Origin: Octopus vulgaris
Lineage: Eukaryota
NCBI GenBank assembly: GCA_951406725.2
Contig: OX597823.1
Location: 25,234,001 to 25,298,000 of the forward strand
Direction of reading: 5' to 3'
Length of the DNA stretch: 64,000 nucleotides
The notes under the pieces were generated by a model, which did not search any database, was not told the DNA's origin, and saw only the letters and a program-made list of their open reading frames with translations. Numbering within the stretch: position 1 is the first letter of the stretch; each line of letters starts with the position of its first letter. The position numbers and the translations under genes were made by a program. This document shows, in pieces, positions 28,270 to 41,974 of this stretch.

Positions 28270-29150
28270 ATTGCTCGTTCAAATGGATTTCAGGTGTGGC
28301 AACGTCTGCATTACCTATACAATATTTTGATTATCCTCCGACACGGGTTTGACAGATCAGATATCAAAGGTTTGAGTATTAAATGCATGCACAATGGACT
28401 TCGGGACTGTTCGGTTCTGAACTGGCTGTTGTTTGAATGTATCTATAAGTTTCATAAGATACATGTGAAAAAAAGCAGCACTAGTTTATCTCGGTCGAAA
28501 AGAGGTAATTACCTTACTAGGATACAATTTTGCACTCTATGAAACGACATTAGGTCCCCCGCAGGGATCTGTTCTTGGTCGCCTAGTTTATTGCAAATAT
28601 TAACAACATATTTGCTAACCTGAAACATGTTACTGTCTTAAAATACGCAGACAATATTACACTGGGCCTTAAGATAAAAAGAGCAGATCCTATGCGCTGT
28701 AGATCTTTCCTGTCTTGAATGTCATACTTCTTAGGGCACTGGCACTCTAATGCTTCGACCTCCAGCAGCAAAATGGGTAGAAGCTCAGAAGATTACCCAC
28801 CATATGTCCAACAAATTCAGCAACCTATTTTTAGGTTAATATCTCTTTGACCTGCGTACATAATTATAAAGCAAAAGGTATTGCGGCATCTACGACTTTC
28901 GGAACATTTTTATCATGCACAGGATTGTCGAAGCATGGCATAAACTAAATGCTTTAGCTGTTAGCTGTAGGACATTGCAACCTTAAAAGATTCCATGCTT
29001 CCTGAAATTCAGCACTGAGTCTGACGTTCTTGTGTACTCTTTCTTTTTTTTATGGAACCGTCATTCTTCCCTTTTCTGGTTTCTTGGGTTCCATTCTATG
29101 TGCATTGTGTTATTGTTGCTTTTTGTCCTCTCTTTACTTTTTAGGACTAC
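28270..29150 (+). mobile_element. Highly decayed LINE RT remnant
   Basis: GPPQGSVLG at ~28553 and KYADN at ~28641; boundaries uncertain. Confidence 0.4.
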
Positions 29151-29206
29151 TTGTCGTACATCTGAACATTGTAAGCAATAAGTTTATCATTATTATTATA
29201 GGTGAA

Positions 29207-29500
29207 GGCGCATGGCTCAGTAGTTAGAGTGTCGAGCTTACGATCGGGAGGTTGTGAGTTCGATTCCCGGACCGGGCTGCGTGTTGTGTTCTTGAGCAAG
29301 ACACTTTATTTCACGTTGCTCCAGTTAACTCAGCTGGAGAAATGAGTTGCGACATTACTGGTGCCAAGCTGTATCGGCCTTTTCCTTTCCCTTGGATAAC
29401 ATCAGCGGTGTGGAGAGGGGAGGCTGGTATGCATGGGCGGCTGCTGGCCTTCCACAGACAACCTTTATCGAACTTGTGCCTCGGAGGATAACTTTCGGAT
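29207..29500 (+). mobile_element. tRNA-derived SINE (related copies 9586-9875 and ~62185-62425 on minus strand)
   Basis: ggcgcatggctcagtagttagagtg (A box), gagttcgattccc (B box), CORE-like gtgttcttgagcaagacactt. Confidence 0.75.
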
Positions 29501-30305
29501 CTTTTCGGTTTGAACGGCAGTTTGTAACATAATTTCTAGGTAACTAAAAAATTTTAAACTTCGTATACTGGTAGAATGTGTTTATAAAACATCATTTTCT
29601 CTTGGCTTTATTGAGAAAATTCTATAGTTTGCAACATATTTCGTCTAAAATTTCTTGCATTTCGGCAATTTTAACCAATCGCTGACCGTCCATTGAGGTG
29701 AAAGCATTCTGTGCCGCATCAATATGTCCCTCGTTTAAGAAACAGATTGGGTTTATTTACATTTGTGAAGAAAAAAAGATACCCTTCCCCCACCCTAACC
29801 ATAACCCTAACTAACCCTTTCTCTCTTTTCTCAATACTGTGACCTGTAACAATTCGCATGACCTGCACAGATTCTCTTTCGACTGATCGTCGACTCTTTC
29901 AGTCACGCATCTCTACTTTCAACACGGTTTGTTTTTTTTCACTGTTCGTTTCTTCACTTTTCATTCTACCCTTCATTCTGTCCACTTTTGAGTCATTTAA
30001 GACAATTTCTGTTGCGTTAGAATTCTCTTGCCTCGAGCCTTTATTTTGTTTGTTTTATTCTTTTATTCACATTTTTGTGTCGTTTTTGTTTTTGTCACTG
30101 CTTAATAGTTCGCTCGCTATTCTCAACAACTTTTCGCTATTGACGCTATTAAAACTGAATACTATTATCATTAAAGGCGTGAACGTGTAATGATATTTTT
30201 GGAATATAACTGATGAAGAAAGAACCATTCTATGTCCTGTGTGTGAATTTTCTGTTCGTTCCTTTGTCGAGCTTCTCTTTTAAACTGTACACGCGCGCAC
30301 GCACG

Positions 30306-30396
<91 letters not shown>

Positions 30397-30733
30397 ATGA
30401 AGATATGAATTACACTCTACAGGCGTATCATAATTAATAGAGTTTATATAGTTATATAAGCTATTAAATTTTCAACAGTATTTCATACATCGACGATAAT
30501 TTGTACAAATGTGTAAACTAAAAGGAATTAAACAATTAAGACAGTTGTGTAATCTTTATTCAGCCTAAATTTTTATATATATAGATGTACAAAAAATTAT
30601 GACCAGTTGCATATGTGCAGTGGAAACACGTATAGGTCGTCGTAATAATAATAATATGCTGTATGATTGTAAAATAAAGGAAATAATTATAGAGATGCAC
30701 TACTCTCCACGTTCTCTATCGTTATAATTATTA

Positions 30734-30821
<88 letters not shown>

Positions 30822-31198
30822 TAGTCGTCTAATCATTCATAAATCAGAAAGAACAGGAACTTGTACATTTATCACTAGAGTGTGTATATTAACCTTTATA
30901 CTATATAGTATTACAGATCCATCTCAGCCGTTTTTAGAAATCGTTTCGCACATGAATTAGTGGAAACATTGAACGGCGCTCGTCAGTGGAGCAAGTATGA
31001 CTATTATAGTGACAGCTCTCCGCTAGTGAAAAACCGAACGAAGCAATAGAAGTTTAGTATAAGGTTTCTGAAAGAGCTATATTCCTTGTACAAGACGATT
31101 AAGTGATAGGTAACTACCTAACAAAACAGCAATGATCAAAAATAGATGTAATGTGGTTTAAAAAGAAAATTCATAAAAAATTTCAAACGATGAGTATG

Positions 31199-31301
31199 CT
31201 ATCTCAAAATAGGGTAACTAGCAAGGGTCGCAATACTACACATGTTGTTATAGTTCCTAGCCATTTTGATATAACCATGGTCACCCCACCGCTGACCCCA
31301 A
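31199..31301 (-). CDS. Cathepsin L-like module C, terminal exon 7
   Basis: [37 protein letters not shown]; ttttcag acceptor. Confidence 0.8.
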
Positions 31302-31350
31302 CTGAAAAGAAAAAAATTGATAATAAATCATACATTATTGACATGTATTA

Positions 31351-31491
31351 ACATTTTCTTATTAACGCAATATAATTAACAGGCAAACATTTTCTTATTA
31401 ATGCAATATAATTAACAGGTTAACATTTTCTTATTAATGCAATATAATTAACAAGTTAACATTTTCTTATTAATGCAATATAGTTAACAGG
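31351..31491. repeat. 36-bp minisatellite x4 in module C intron 6
   Basis: acattttcttattaa(c/t)gcaatataattaacagg.. repeated four times; single copy at the paralogous site ~3163. Confidence 0.8.
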
Positions 31492-33280
31492 CTGTGACAA
31501 ACAAATCTGACTGACCATACATGCCATCAGAATTCTGAATACTCATACTAACGTGTGTAGCGGTTATAGTATTGTGACGTGTCTTAGTAACTTATTCTGA
31601 ATGGTCGTGTAATTTTATAGGATTCAGATGGGTCATAGTAACATGTCATTGTGGTTATAAAGATTTCTGTACAATCATAGTGTTATGGAATGTCTTTCGG
31701 TCACATTAGTAGATTTGTGTCTGTGCGCCTCCGAAGATGCAGTACGGTGTTTTTAGGGTGGTATTTTAATAGTGTTCATAGTTGTTATAGATAAGCTTGT
31801 TATAGTGTTCATAGTTGTTATAGATTAGCTGGGGTTGCTATTGAAGGGAACACTAGGCGTTAGAGTTTTCTACAACACTGTGTCTTGCATATTCAAGTGA
31901 TCTTATATTTTGAGTGGGAGATAGAATAATTAAAATTCGTGTGCTATCAAGAATTGTGGAAGGTATGAAATATGGTTTATGTATGACACGGGGAAAATTT
32001 CTCTGCAGAACCACCCCCAAAAACATACCCTCCCTTAAATTTTAAGCATTCTGTTTCAGAGATGTTTTGCTTGCCTTTCTTTAACGCTAATGATTTTTTA
32101 AAAATCTACGTTACGGATGGAATTTTTATTGATTGCACACATTTTTGGTTCAGTTCATTAAAATATATTCCACACTCAACTGTATAATTTATAATGTTCT
32201 GTTATTTCTCCCTAAAACTCCACATGCGAGTATAAACTTTGCTATTTATTATTTTAAACAATTTTTTTAAAGATCACTGGTATGTCAAAAGTGGCAGAAC
32301 GCCAGGCTGTATATCTTGCATAAAAACCAGACCCAGTCCAGTCTGCAATGTTTAGATTTCTAAAAATTTTATATCAACTGATTTAGCTGGAGTTAACACG
32401 TTTGTTTTTAGATTTTTAAACACCACTATTGACATTTTTTGCTGATTATAGTTTAAAAACTAAGTATTCTTGTAGGTGGATAAATTAAATATTTATTTCT
32501 TCATTGCCCACCAGGGGCTAAACATAGAGAGGTCAAACAAAGGGATTAAGTCGATTACATCGAACCAGTACACAACTGGTATTTATTTAATGGACCCCAA
32601 AGGGATGAAAGGCAAAGTCAACCTCGGCGGAATTTGAACTCAGAACATAGCGGCAGAGGAAATACCTATTTCTTTATTACCCACAAGGGGCTAAACACAG
32701 AGAGGACAAACAAGGACAGACAAACGGATTAAGTCGATTGTATCGACCACAGTGCGTAACTGGTACTTATTTAATCGCCCCCGAAAGGATGAAAGGCAAA
32801 GTCAACCTCGGCGGAATTTGAACTCAGAACGTAACGGCAGACGAAATACAGCTACGCATTTCGCCCGGCGTGCTTACGTTTCTGCCAGCTCGCTGCCGCG
32901 GATAAATTAAGTTTTGTGACAGTCATGTCTTTACCAGTAGTATCATCATAACAGTATAATAAGTGACCTAAAAACGTCTCTAACTAGAATCGAAACTGCT
33001 TCACACTTTCCAGGTGTCTACTTTCTTTTCAATTATATCCAACGTAAGAGTAAATAGTATAAAATTTCTATACTTATGTCGTAAAACAAAGTATCAGTTT
33101 TCATTTTCTACTACATTTCCATTCAGATTTGGAACTAAAAATGACACCAGTGTTTGACACCGTATTTTATCGATCTCGTGGATGAAAGCAAAATTGTTTA
33201 AAGCGTGACTGGAAATCAGTCCATAGAGGGTCGTAATTAACGCAAGATATTTTATGTCTAATAATTTTGCTAGTCTACCG

Positions 33281-33373
<93 letters not shown>

Positions 33374-33427
33374 TCATACAGATAAAAATGGGGAGAGTTA
33401 AAGTAAAAAAAAAACATTGTGATTTAC

Positions 33428-33693
33428 CTGTTTTTCACCAACCAGTAGTCCTGTCCATTTTCTGTTCCGTATCCAACCACCAAGATCGCATGATTTGCTT
33501 GGTGATTACAATCATTTCTTTTGTAAATGCCATGCTTGTAGAATTGGAATGCCTTGGAATGGGCATCGATGGCAGCAGAGATTGGACCCACACCGGCCAC
33601 TGCTACTTGTAGTGCGCGCTCTCTCTTGTGCACATTAATGTAAGAACTGACAAAAGTGACTACTTTCCTACGGTCATACTTACACACTTGTTT
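33428..33693 (-). CDS. Cathepsin L-like module C, exon 6 (orphan; no exons 1-5 found upstream)
   Basis: [89 protein letters not shown]; 266 nt, same phases as A/B, intact splice sites. Confidence 0.8.
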
Positions 33694-34119
33694 CTATATA
33701 ATAAAATAACGATATAGAAGTTAGATTAAATTGGTAAAACCAAAGAACATGTATCTAAATTTTGAAAGAATTAACAATAAATAATTATCGATTTCAGTCA
33801 CAATTACACGGTAAACGCACACCCATACGCGCCTGCGCACGCACACACACGCACACAAAGCAAAACATTCAAAAGAAGAACGGGTCAGTATGATGTCATC
33901 AATGGATAAATACTAATACCTATTCTCAATATATAATTATCTTAACATATAACAAAACGCATAAACAAATATTCTTATTGGCTTCCATTCAACCCCTTCG
34001 GCAGAAATAATATTTTTACTACCCTACTAAAATTACATCTAATTAACACTATGTGTAGCTGTTCTCGTAAATAGCTAAAAACTTTTCCCTAGCCTGAAGC
34101 ATTCTTGCTTTATTAATCT

Positions 34120-36636
34120 TTTCGGACGATGCTCATTTACTCGAAGCGATAAGATTCGTTTCAGCTTCGCATGACTGTTTGGTACTAGGAGACTTCAACG
34201 CTCCCACGATCGATTGGCCCGCATCAATTTGTACATCTTCCCGGTTCGGCCAGGCCCTTCTTGACGTGGCTGAAGATTGTTTTCTATCGCAACATGTTGA
34301 ATATCCGACAAGGCATCGGTCTGGGCAGCAGCCATCTATGCTAGATCTGGTATTCTCCCGCTATCCAAGATCAGTGTCAGACGTATCTGTGTGCGCCCCT
34401 CTTGCCAAGAGTGATCATGCGGTCCTGAAGTTCGTCATGCACACAACTTTTTCTACGCCCACGACTACTTCGCTGCCACGTAGAGTCTTCTCTGCAATTA
34501 ATCTTGAAATTCTAACCGAGGCTTCCGCGCTTCTGGACTGGCGATCCCTGATGACGTTGTCCTCAGTTGACGAACTATGGTTATCCCTCAAAGCATATGT
34601 AATATGTTTGACTGACCAGGCAGTTCCCGTTGGGCTTCCCAAGAAGAAGAAACACAAGCCCTGGGTGACGAAGAAGGTTAAACGAGAACGTCGACTCAGA
34701 GATATTGCTTGGGCTGAATTCAAAAATCTGGGTTCGACTGCAGCTTTTGAGGTGTACAAAACTCAACGAGACCGAGCCGTGAAAATTGAAAAGAAAGAAC
34801 GCTTCAGTTATGAATACAAAATCGCGGCAAATGCCAGTAGCAATCCAAAAACCTTCTTTGCCCATGTCCAGCGGAATTCCCGCTTGAACAACCAGATTGC
34901 AACGTTGGTAGACTCAACAGGCGTATCGATTGAGGACCCTTATCAACAGTCAATTATTTGCCGAGGCTTTTTCAACTATTTTCAAACAAGATGATGGTCG
35001 TGAACCCCCTCCATTTGATAGATCGGTACCTCCAATGCTTCGATTGGTCATCACGCGGGATGAAGTCAAACGTGTTATTCAAGGCCTCGATGTCAACAAG
35101 GGTCACGGCCCCGACGGCATACACCCACGGGTTATCAAAGCGTTGGCTCCGGTCATCTGCGAGCCCTTAACACGACTATTCAATATGTCATTGGCGACGG
35201 GTGTTATACCTGTAGACTGGAGAACAGCGATAATCTGCCCAATTTTCAAGAAAGGGAGCCGCGAAGACCCGCTTAACTACCGACCGGTTTCCCTTACATC
35301 AATAATCAGCAAGATGTTCGAAACCATCCTTAAGAAAAGTATGATACTCCACCTCCTAAACACAGCCTCTATCTCTGATTCCCAACACAGCTTCGTGCCG
35401 AAGAGATCATGCTTGACCAACTTACTAGTAATGGAAGAATTGGTGACGCGCATCCTCGATGATAGTGATGCTGTTGACATCGTTTTATTGGACTTTGCCA
35501 AAGCTTTTGACTCGGTAAACCACCGCCTATTACTTGTCAAGCTTCAAGCATATAGTTTCCATCCGGATATTATACGATAGGTTGGTGCCTTCCTCTCAGA
35601 TCGCTCCTTCCAAGTCCAAGTTAATAGTTCGCGGTCCGACGTCTCCAGTGCGAGCAGTGGCGTGCCTCAAGGTTCAGTGCTTGGGCCCTTGTTGTTCTTA
35701 GTCTTCATAAATGACTTGCCCGACGACCTCACGCAACACACCCTTCTATTTGCCGACGATATCAAACTGGTCGCTCCTCGCGGTAATATAGAGGATCTTC
35801 GTCGATGCCTCCACCAAATTTGGAAGTGGTCTAACGATTGGGACCTGTGTCTGAACGTGTCAAAGTGCTGTCATCTGCCTGTCGGCTCTACTCCTGCAAC
35901 TCAACTTGATTTCGAGCCGGGTCGTCTGCTGCTGGAGAGGACCGATCAGGTAAAGGACCTGGGTATCTTGGTGGATTCCTCCTTTTCGCCTTCGGCCCAG
36001 TGCGTCCATGCTGCCAACAAAGCACGCGGAATTCTGTTCTTGATTCGACGGTCATTCGGAATGCTCACAGCAGCCATATTCCTACCACTCTATGTCACGC
36101 TGGTGAGACCCATATTGGAGTATGGGATTCAAGCCTCTTCTCCTTATCTCCTCAAAGACATACAGCATCTCGAAAGAGTCCAGAAGCTGGCTACCCGCAT
36201 GGTTCATGGTCTCAAAAATTTGTCCTACGAAGAAAGGCTGAGGACGCTCGACCTTTATTCTCTTGAAAAACGCCGCCGCCGTGGTGATCTCATTCTCGCC
36301 CACAACATCATAAGTGGAAAGTGTAACCTCTCGAAAGAGCTGTTCTTCACTCCTGCTCCAGAGCGTCGGCTGCGGGGTCATTCCGAAAAGCTCTACCTGC
36401 GACGATTTCATCTCAATCGAAGGAGAGGAGCTTTCTCCGTTCGGGTTGCGGATCCGTGGAACAAGCTGCCAGACGAGATGGTGAAGATGCCGACGACCGC
36501 TTTGTTCAAAGCCTCCCTGGACCTCAAGTGGCCTGAACTCTTTACATGAACACCACCCTGTACTTAACTCCATGTCCCCCTACATGGCCTTGCTATTTGC
36601 TTTTGAGCCAAATTAACTAACTAACTAACTAACTAA
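34120..36636 (+). mobile_element. Relatively young 5'-truncated CR1-group LINE (APE end + RT), inactivated
   Basis: VLGDFN, LDLVFS, SDHAVL (APE); GPDGIHP, NYRPVSLTS, LDFAKAFDSV, PQGSVLGP, LFADD (RT); one frameshift ~34930-34990, TAG at 35578; (TAAC)n tail. Confidence 0.92.
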
Positions 36637-38036
36637 CATACACTTTTATTGTAATTCAGTTTTGAATCAATTAACAAGTGATTTACTGTCCATTTATGTC
36701 TCTGGACAGCCTTACACGTGGTTTTCTTAATTGTATTTATTTCAATTATCACCTTTATTTGACTGTAAAAAATGTGCACCTTTTATCTTTTACTTGCGTC
36801 AGTCGTTAGACTGCAACCATGTAATTAATACAAGGGTTTTAGTTGAAGGAATCGACCTCAGTACTTATGTTTTGAGCCTGGTACGTATTCTGTTGTTCTC
36901 ATTTGCCGAACCGCTAAGTTACGGGGACGTAAACAAACTAAGCAGTGTTGAAGGATAAACACAGACACAAAAACACACACAGATATATATACGAGAAGCT
37001 CCTTACAGTTTCCGTCTACCAAATCCACTCACGAAGCTTTGCTCGACCTGGTGCTAAAGTATGGTCGAGCAACAAATTTCTAATCACACAGTCATACACT
37101 CACACGGACGCGCATACACACACAGACACACGCGCACACACACACACACACATACATACATACATACATACATACATACATACATACATACATACATACA
37201 TACATACATACATACATACATACATTTTATCAGAGTCCATTCTAATGCAAGCATTTCAGCCAGATCTCTAGTTTAAGGATACTTTCCTCTCTACTTCTCA
37301 TTGATCTTTGAGGCCTTGTAATGAGTTACAAGCCATCGCCTTTCCTGCTGGTTAAAAGATTAAAGAGTCCACCAGAGATACAATGTAATATATAGTAAAC
37401 TGACTGACTAAGGGACTTATGAAGATGATAGTTGCACAGGTGTATTTGTAAGTGGAAGCACCAATGATATGCTGGGAGGGTTCACCAGACAATAGTTTCC
37501 ACCAGGTGAGTGAGCCAAGTTGTACTGCAGGCTGTTATATTGAAAGCGTAATATCTAGTGTAAGGAAGGAATGGTGTTCTGGTAATACTGAGAATTCCTA
37601 TTTAATTGACTGCAATACAAGGAAAACAACCACATATCTCCCCAATCAGAACAAATTATAAGTCTTTAAAAAATATCTCATGATGTTATCCAAAATACAC
37701 CATATCCTGATCATAAGACTGTTTATTCAGGGTTAATCTGGGGTTAGACAACAACAGCAAAGAGTTTCTTAATGAAAAAGGAAAACTGTTGAATGTTGAA
37801 TAAGAAGATCTCCAGGAGTAGAAGATAAATATAATGGATACAATCTTATTAGACAAATACACTGAGAGAGTTGCTGGGCAAGGCAGAGTAGATATTAGTT
37901 GAAATGAGCATTGAAAACAATACCATTGGTAATGTGATATAATCCTACCTACCTACCTACCTACCTACCTACCTACCTACCTACCTACCTACCTACCTAC
38001 CTACCTACCTACCTACATACCTACCTATCTACCTAC

Positions 38037-38119
<83 letters not shown>

Positions 38120-39633
38120 GCTAGCTAGCTAGCTATCTGTTTATCTGCCTGCCTATCTGTCTGTCATGATAAATAGACATATAGCTAGCTAGCTAGATAG
38201 ATAGATAGGTGGATTACTGGGAAAATGTCCAGAAGTAAGATAGGAATGCATTGGACGCGATCATATTACACAAATGAACTGAGAGAGTGACAGAACATGA
38301 AAGATATTAATTGAAGTGGTTAGTAGAGAGAATACTGTTGGTACAGACAAAGATGTTTCCTAGTTGAAGATGTATTGGTGACTTCAGGTGGAATAACCCA
38401 CGGCAAAAAAATATCAAGAAAAACAATTGTTTAGCCTGAATTCAGCCATGATCGAGCAATGAGATCCAATATCGAAAGCAATCCATCCATGACAATCACC
38501 TTTGTTTTCAGGTATAGTGGAGAAAAACCTAAAATAAATGATGTAATGTTATGGGAGATTTGATTGCTATTTCTAGCATTTCGAACAACATTATACAGGC
38601 TCTGTTTTTGGCCCATGAGGAAATTTGTTACGGAACATATGAGGAAGAAATGATAACTTTGAGGCAAATGGTAATATGCAGTACGTTCAATCTAAATTAA
38701 TACGAAACGGTTCTAATCTAAGGGAAATAAATCCTATACACGGGAGGTAACTCGGTCTAATCGTAATATTTTCCGATGCTTTACAGCATATTTCAAGCGA
38801 AGCGCATTGAGGTTACGAGTCATAGAAAATCTTCTTAAAGAAGTTAACGAGGCATATGTAATGAATGATTCAGACGGAGTTTATCTATACATGACACTCA
38901 GTGTTATTAACATGTCATATAATGAATGAAATGACAAAACAGTTCTGTTTCCTAAAACTGCTTTTTCAATGTAAAAACCAGGTAAGCAATTTTAGCTATT
39001 ATACGTTAAAAGCTTTTAATATTTCTTCCGTGTATTTGTTTGAAAATTCATTTGAAATGAGATCGTGGTGTGTTGAAACTAAAAAAAACAAAACAAAAAA
39101 AAACAAAAAAGATGTATTCTGAAAATATTTCATTTTGCATTTTCGTATTTTATTACATAGTCGGAATAGAGTGGAATTTCCACGGATATTTTGAAAATTG
39201 TAAGATGTAATTCGATATTTTTCTGAACTATTTGACGTTTGAGATTGCATAAAAGACAACATAGATAAAAGTAAAGGTGGAATCCGAAGAAACATGGTCT
39301 CTATACTTTCTATATTCTAGTGTGCTTTCCTTTGTAAGTTTTATCCATCAATTTTCGCTTTATGTAAAGAAGTAAACTATCTTTAAAAGAGAATAACATT
39401 GAAAATATCATTTATAATATTCTCTAACTATATGTTGCTAAAGCTTTTACAGAACTTTGTACATTTATTTGATGAAAAAACCCCTCTAAAAACACCGTAC
39501 TTAAAACGTTGTCACTTTCTCTTTACGTCAATTGTCGTCCATATTTGTCTATTTGAGCAGACGACAATTGATTGTGCAAACGCGCATGCGTTAAATGATA
39601 GCCGATGTTACTATTACTATTAGCATCCCATTC

Positions 39634-39728
<95 letters not shown>

Positions 39729-39757
39729 GTCTGTCTGTTTGCTTGCCTGCCTGCACG

Positions 39758-39848
<91 letters not shown>

Positions 39849-40759
39849 TTCATGTTCTGTCACTCGGAGTTTATCTATACGTGACACTCAGTGTTGTTAA
39901 CATGATATATAATGTATGAAATGACAAAACAGTTTTGTTTCCTAAAACTGCTTTTTCAAAATAGAATTCAGGTAAGCAATTTTTACTTTTATACGTTAAA
40001 AACTAAATATTTCTTTCAAGCGCATTTAAATATTTGTTTTGTTGACAATTCACTTGCTATGAGATTGTGGTGTGTTGAAGCTAATGGAAAAAAAATGTAT
40101 CGTGGAAGTATTTTCTTTGACATAGTAGGAATAGAGTGGAATTTCCACGGATATTTTGGAAATTGTAAGATGAAATTCTATATTTTTCTGAACTATTTGA
40201 GTTTTGAGATTGTATAAAAGACAACATAGATAGAACTAAAGTTGAAATCTAAACGAGGCATATCTAATGAATGCTTCAGACGGAGTTTATCTATACATGA
40301 CAATCAGAGTTATTAACATGTCATATAATGTATGTAGATAGAACTAAAGGATAAATCTGAAGAAACAATGTTTCTGACTGCTATATTCTAGCATGTTTTA
40401 CTCTGTGAGTTTTATCTATCATTTTTCACTTTATGTAAAGAAGTAAGCAATCTTAAAACTTGAACAATATTGAAAATATTTATCGCAATATTCAGTAACT
40501 GTATGCAAGTAAAGTTTTTACAGAATTTTGTACGGTTACTTGAAAGAAAAACAAATGAAAAAAATCTTAATAACACCGTACTTAAAACCTTGCCACTTTT
40601 TCTCTTACGTCAGCTGTTGTCCCTTTTTGACTATTTGAGCAGACGACAATCAATTGTGCTAATGCGCATGCGTTAAATATAAAAAGTAATGAAAAAATAA
40701 ACCATTCTTTTCGCTGTCCGTAACCAAATAATCTCTGCTAATATCACCACCACCATCAC

Positions 40760-40862
<103 letters not shown>

Positions 40863-40907
40863 ATATCTACCTGTCGGTCTGTGTGTCTGTCTGTTTGTGT
40901 GTCTGTT

Positions 40908-40944
<37 letters not shown>

Positions 40945-41974
40945 CTGTCTGTTCATCTGTCTGTCTGTCTGTCAGTGTGCCTGTCCGTCTCTGTGTCTGC
41001 TTACCTATCGAACTACTGTACGTTGGTAAAATTTTCACAAATACGCCAGTGAAAAAAAAAAAGGGGGTAAATAAAATGAATTAATGAAAATAGATCCGTA
41101 ATCATTCTTTCTCTTGATGTGTTTCTCTTGCGTGCCTACATATCTACGGCTATAGTAAGTTGGTAAAGTTTGTACAATACGGCTGTGAAAAAAAAAATAA
41201 ATACATAAGTTAATTAATTAAAATAAGTTAATTAACTAAAATGTACCCGTACTCACTCTTTCTTTTGATATGTAATGTTAACAATATGTTATAAATAAAT
41301 GAATATATGTTACGATTGAGCTGTCGACATTTAATTGCATGAACGCACATGCATTAAGTGAAGGGCAATATTTAAAATAAGTACCCTTTCACTGACCAAT
41401 CAGTACCCAGGCATCCTTAAACTAATATGACCTCCATATTAGTTCAATACGGCTGTGAAAATTAAATAAATACATAAGTTAATTAATTAAAATAAGTTAA
41501 TTGCCTAAAATGTACCCGTCCTCACTCATTCTCTTGACGTTTAATTTTGACAATATGTTATAAATATATGAATATAAGTTGCGATTGAGCAGATGACAAT
41601 TAATTGCATGAACACACATGAATTAAGTGAAGGGCAATATTAACAAAAATCTTTTCACTGACCAATCACTCTCTAGGCTTCTTAAGCCTGTATGTGGCCA
41701 ACTTCTTTACTAGGAAAATGGCCGCTGTTTCTTTCCCAACGGAAAAAGACAAGTCTATGATGAACCATTCAAACAAATATAAGGGAAAACATACATGAAT
41801 TAACGGGAAGATGTCCAGAAGTAAGAGAAGAATGCAATGGATACGATCATATTACACAAAAAACTGTGATAATATGCGTCAAGTAAAAAAGGCAATAAAA
41901 ATATAAACTATTCTTTTCGCTGTCCAAATTGCTACGTCCGTAACTAAATAATCTCCATTAATATCACCACCACC

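Larger units (their letters stand above)
31110..33915 (+). repeat. Older paralog of ~2915-4875 / ~54765-56750 (exons 6-7 plus flanks)
   Basis: Recognisable intron and 3' flank similarity (e.g. aacaaaac.gcaatgatcaaaaatagatgta; gatatagaagttagattaaa.tggtaaaacc); similarity stops near 33915. Confidence 0.85.

Noticed and set aside
29785-29820. ccctaacc-like repeats (also ~6665-6695)
   Set aside because: Only 2-4 degenerate units inside dispersed repeats; not a telomeric array.
31351-31491. Regularly spaced 36-bp repeats (CRISPR-like length)
   Set aside because: Head-to-tail with no unique spacers, in a eukaryotic intron; a minisatellite.
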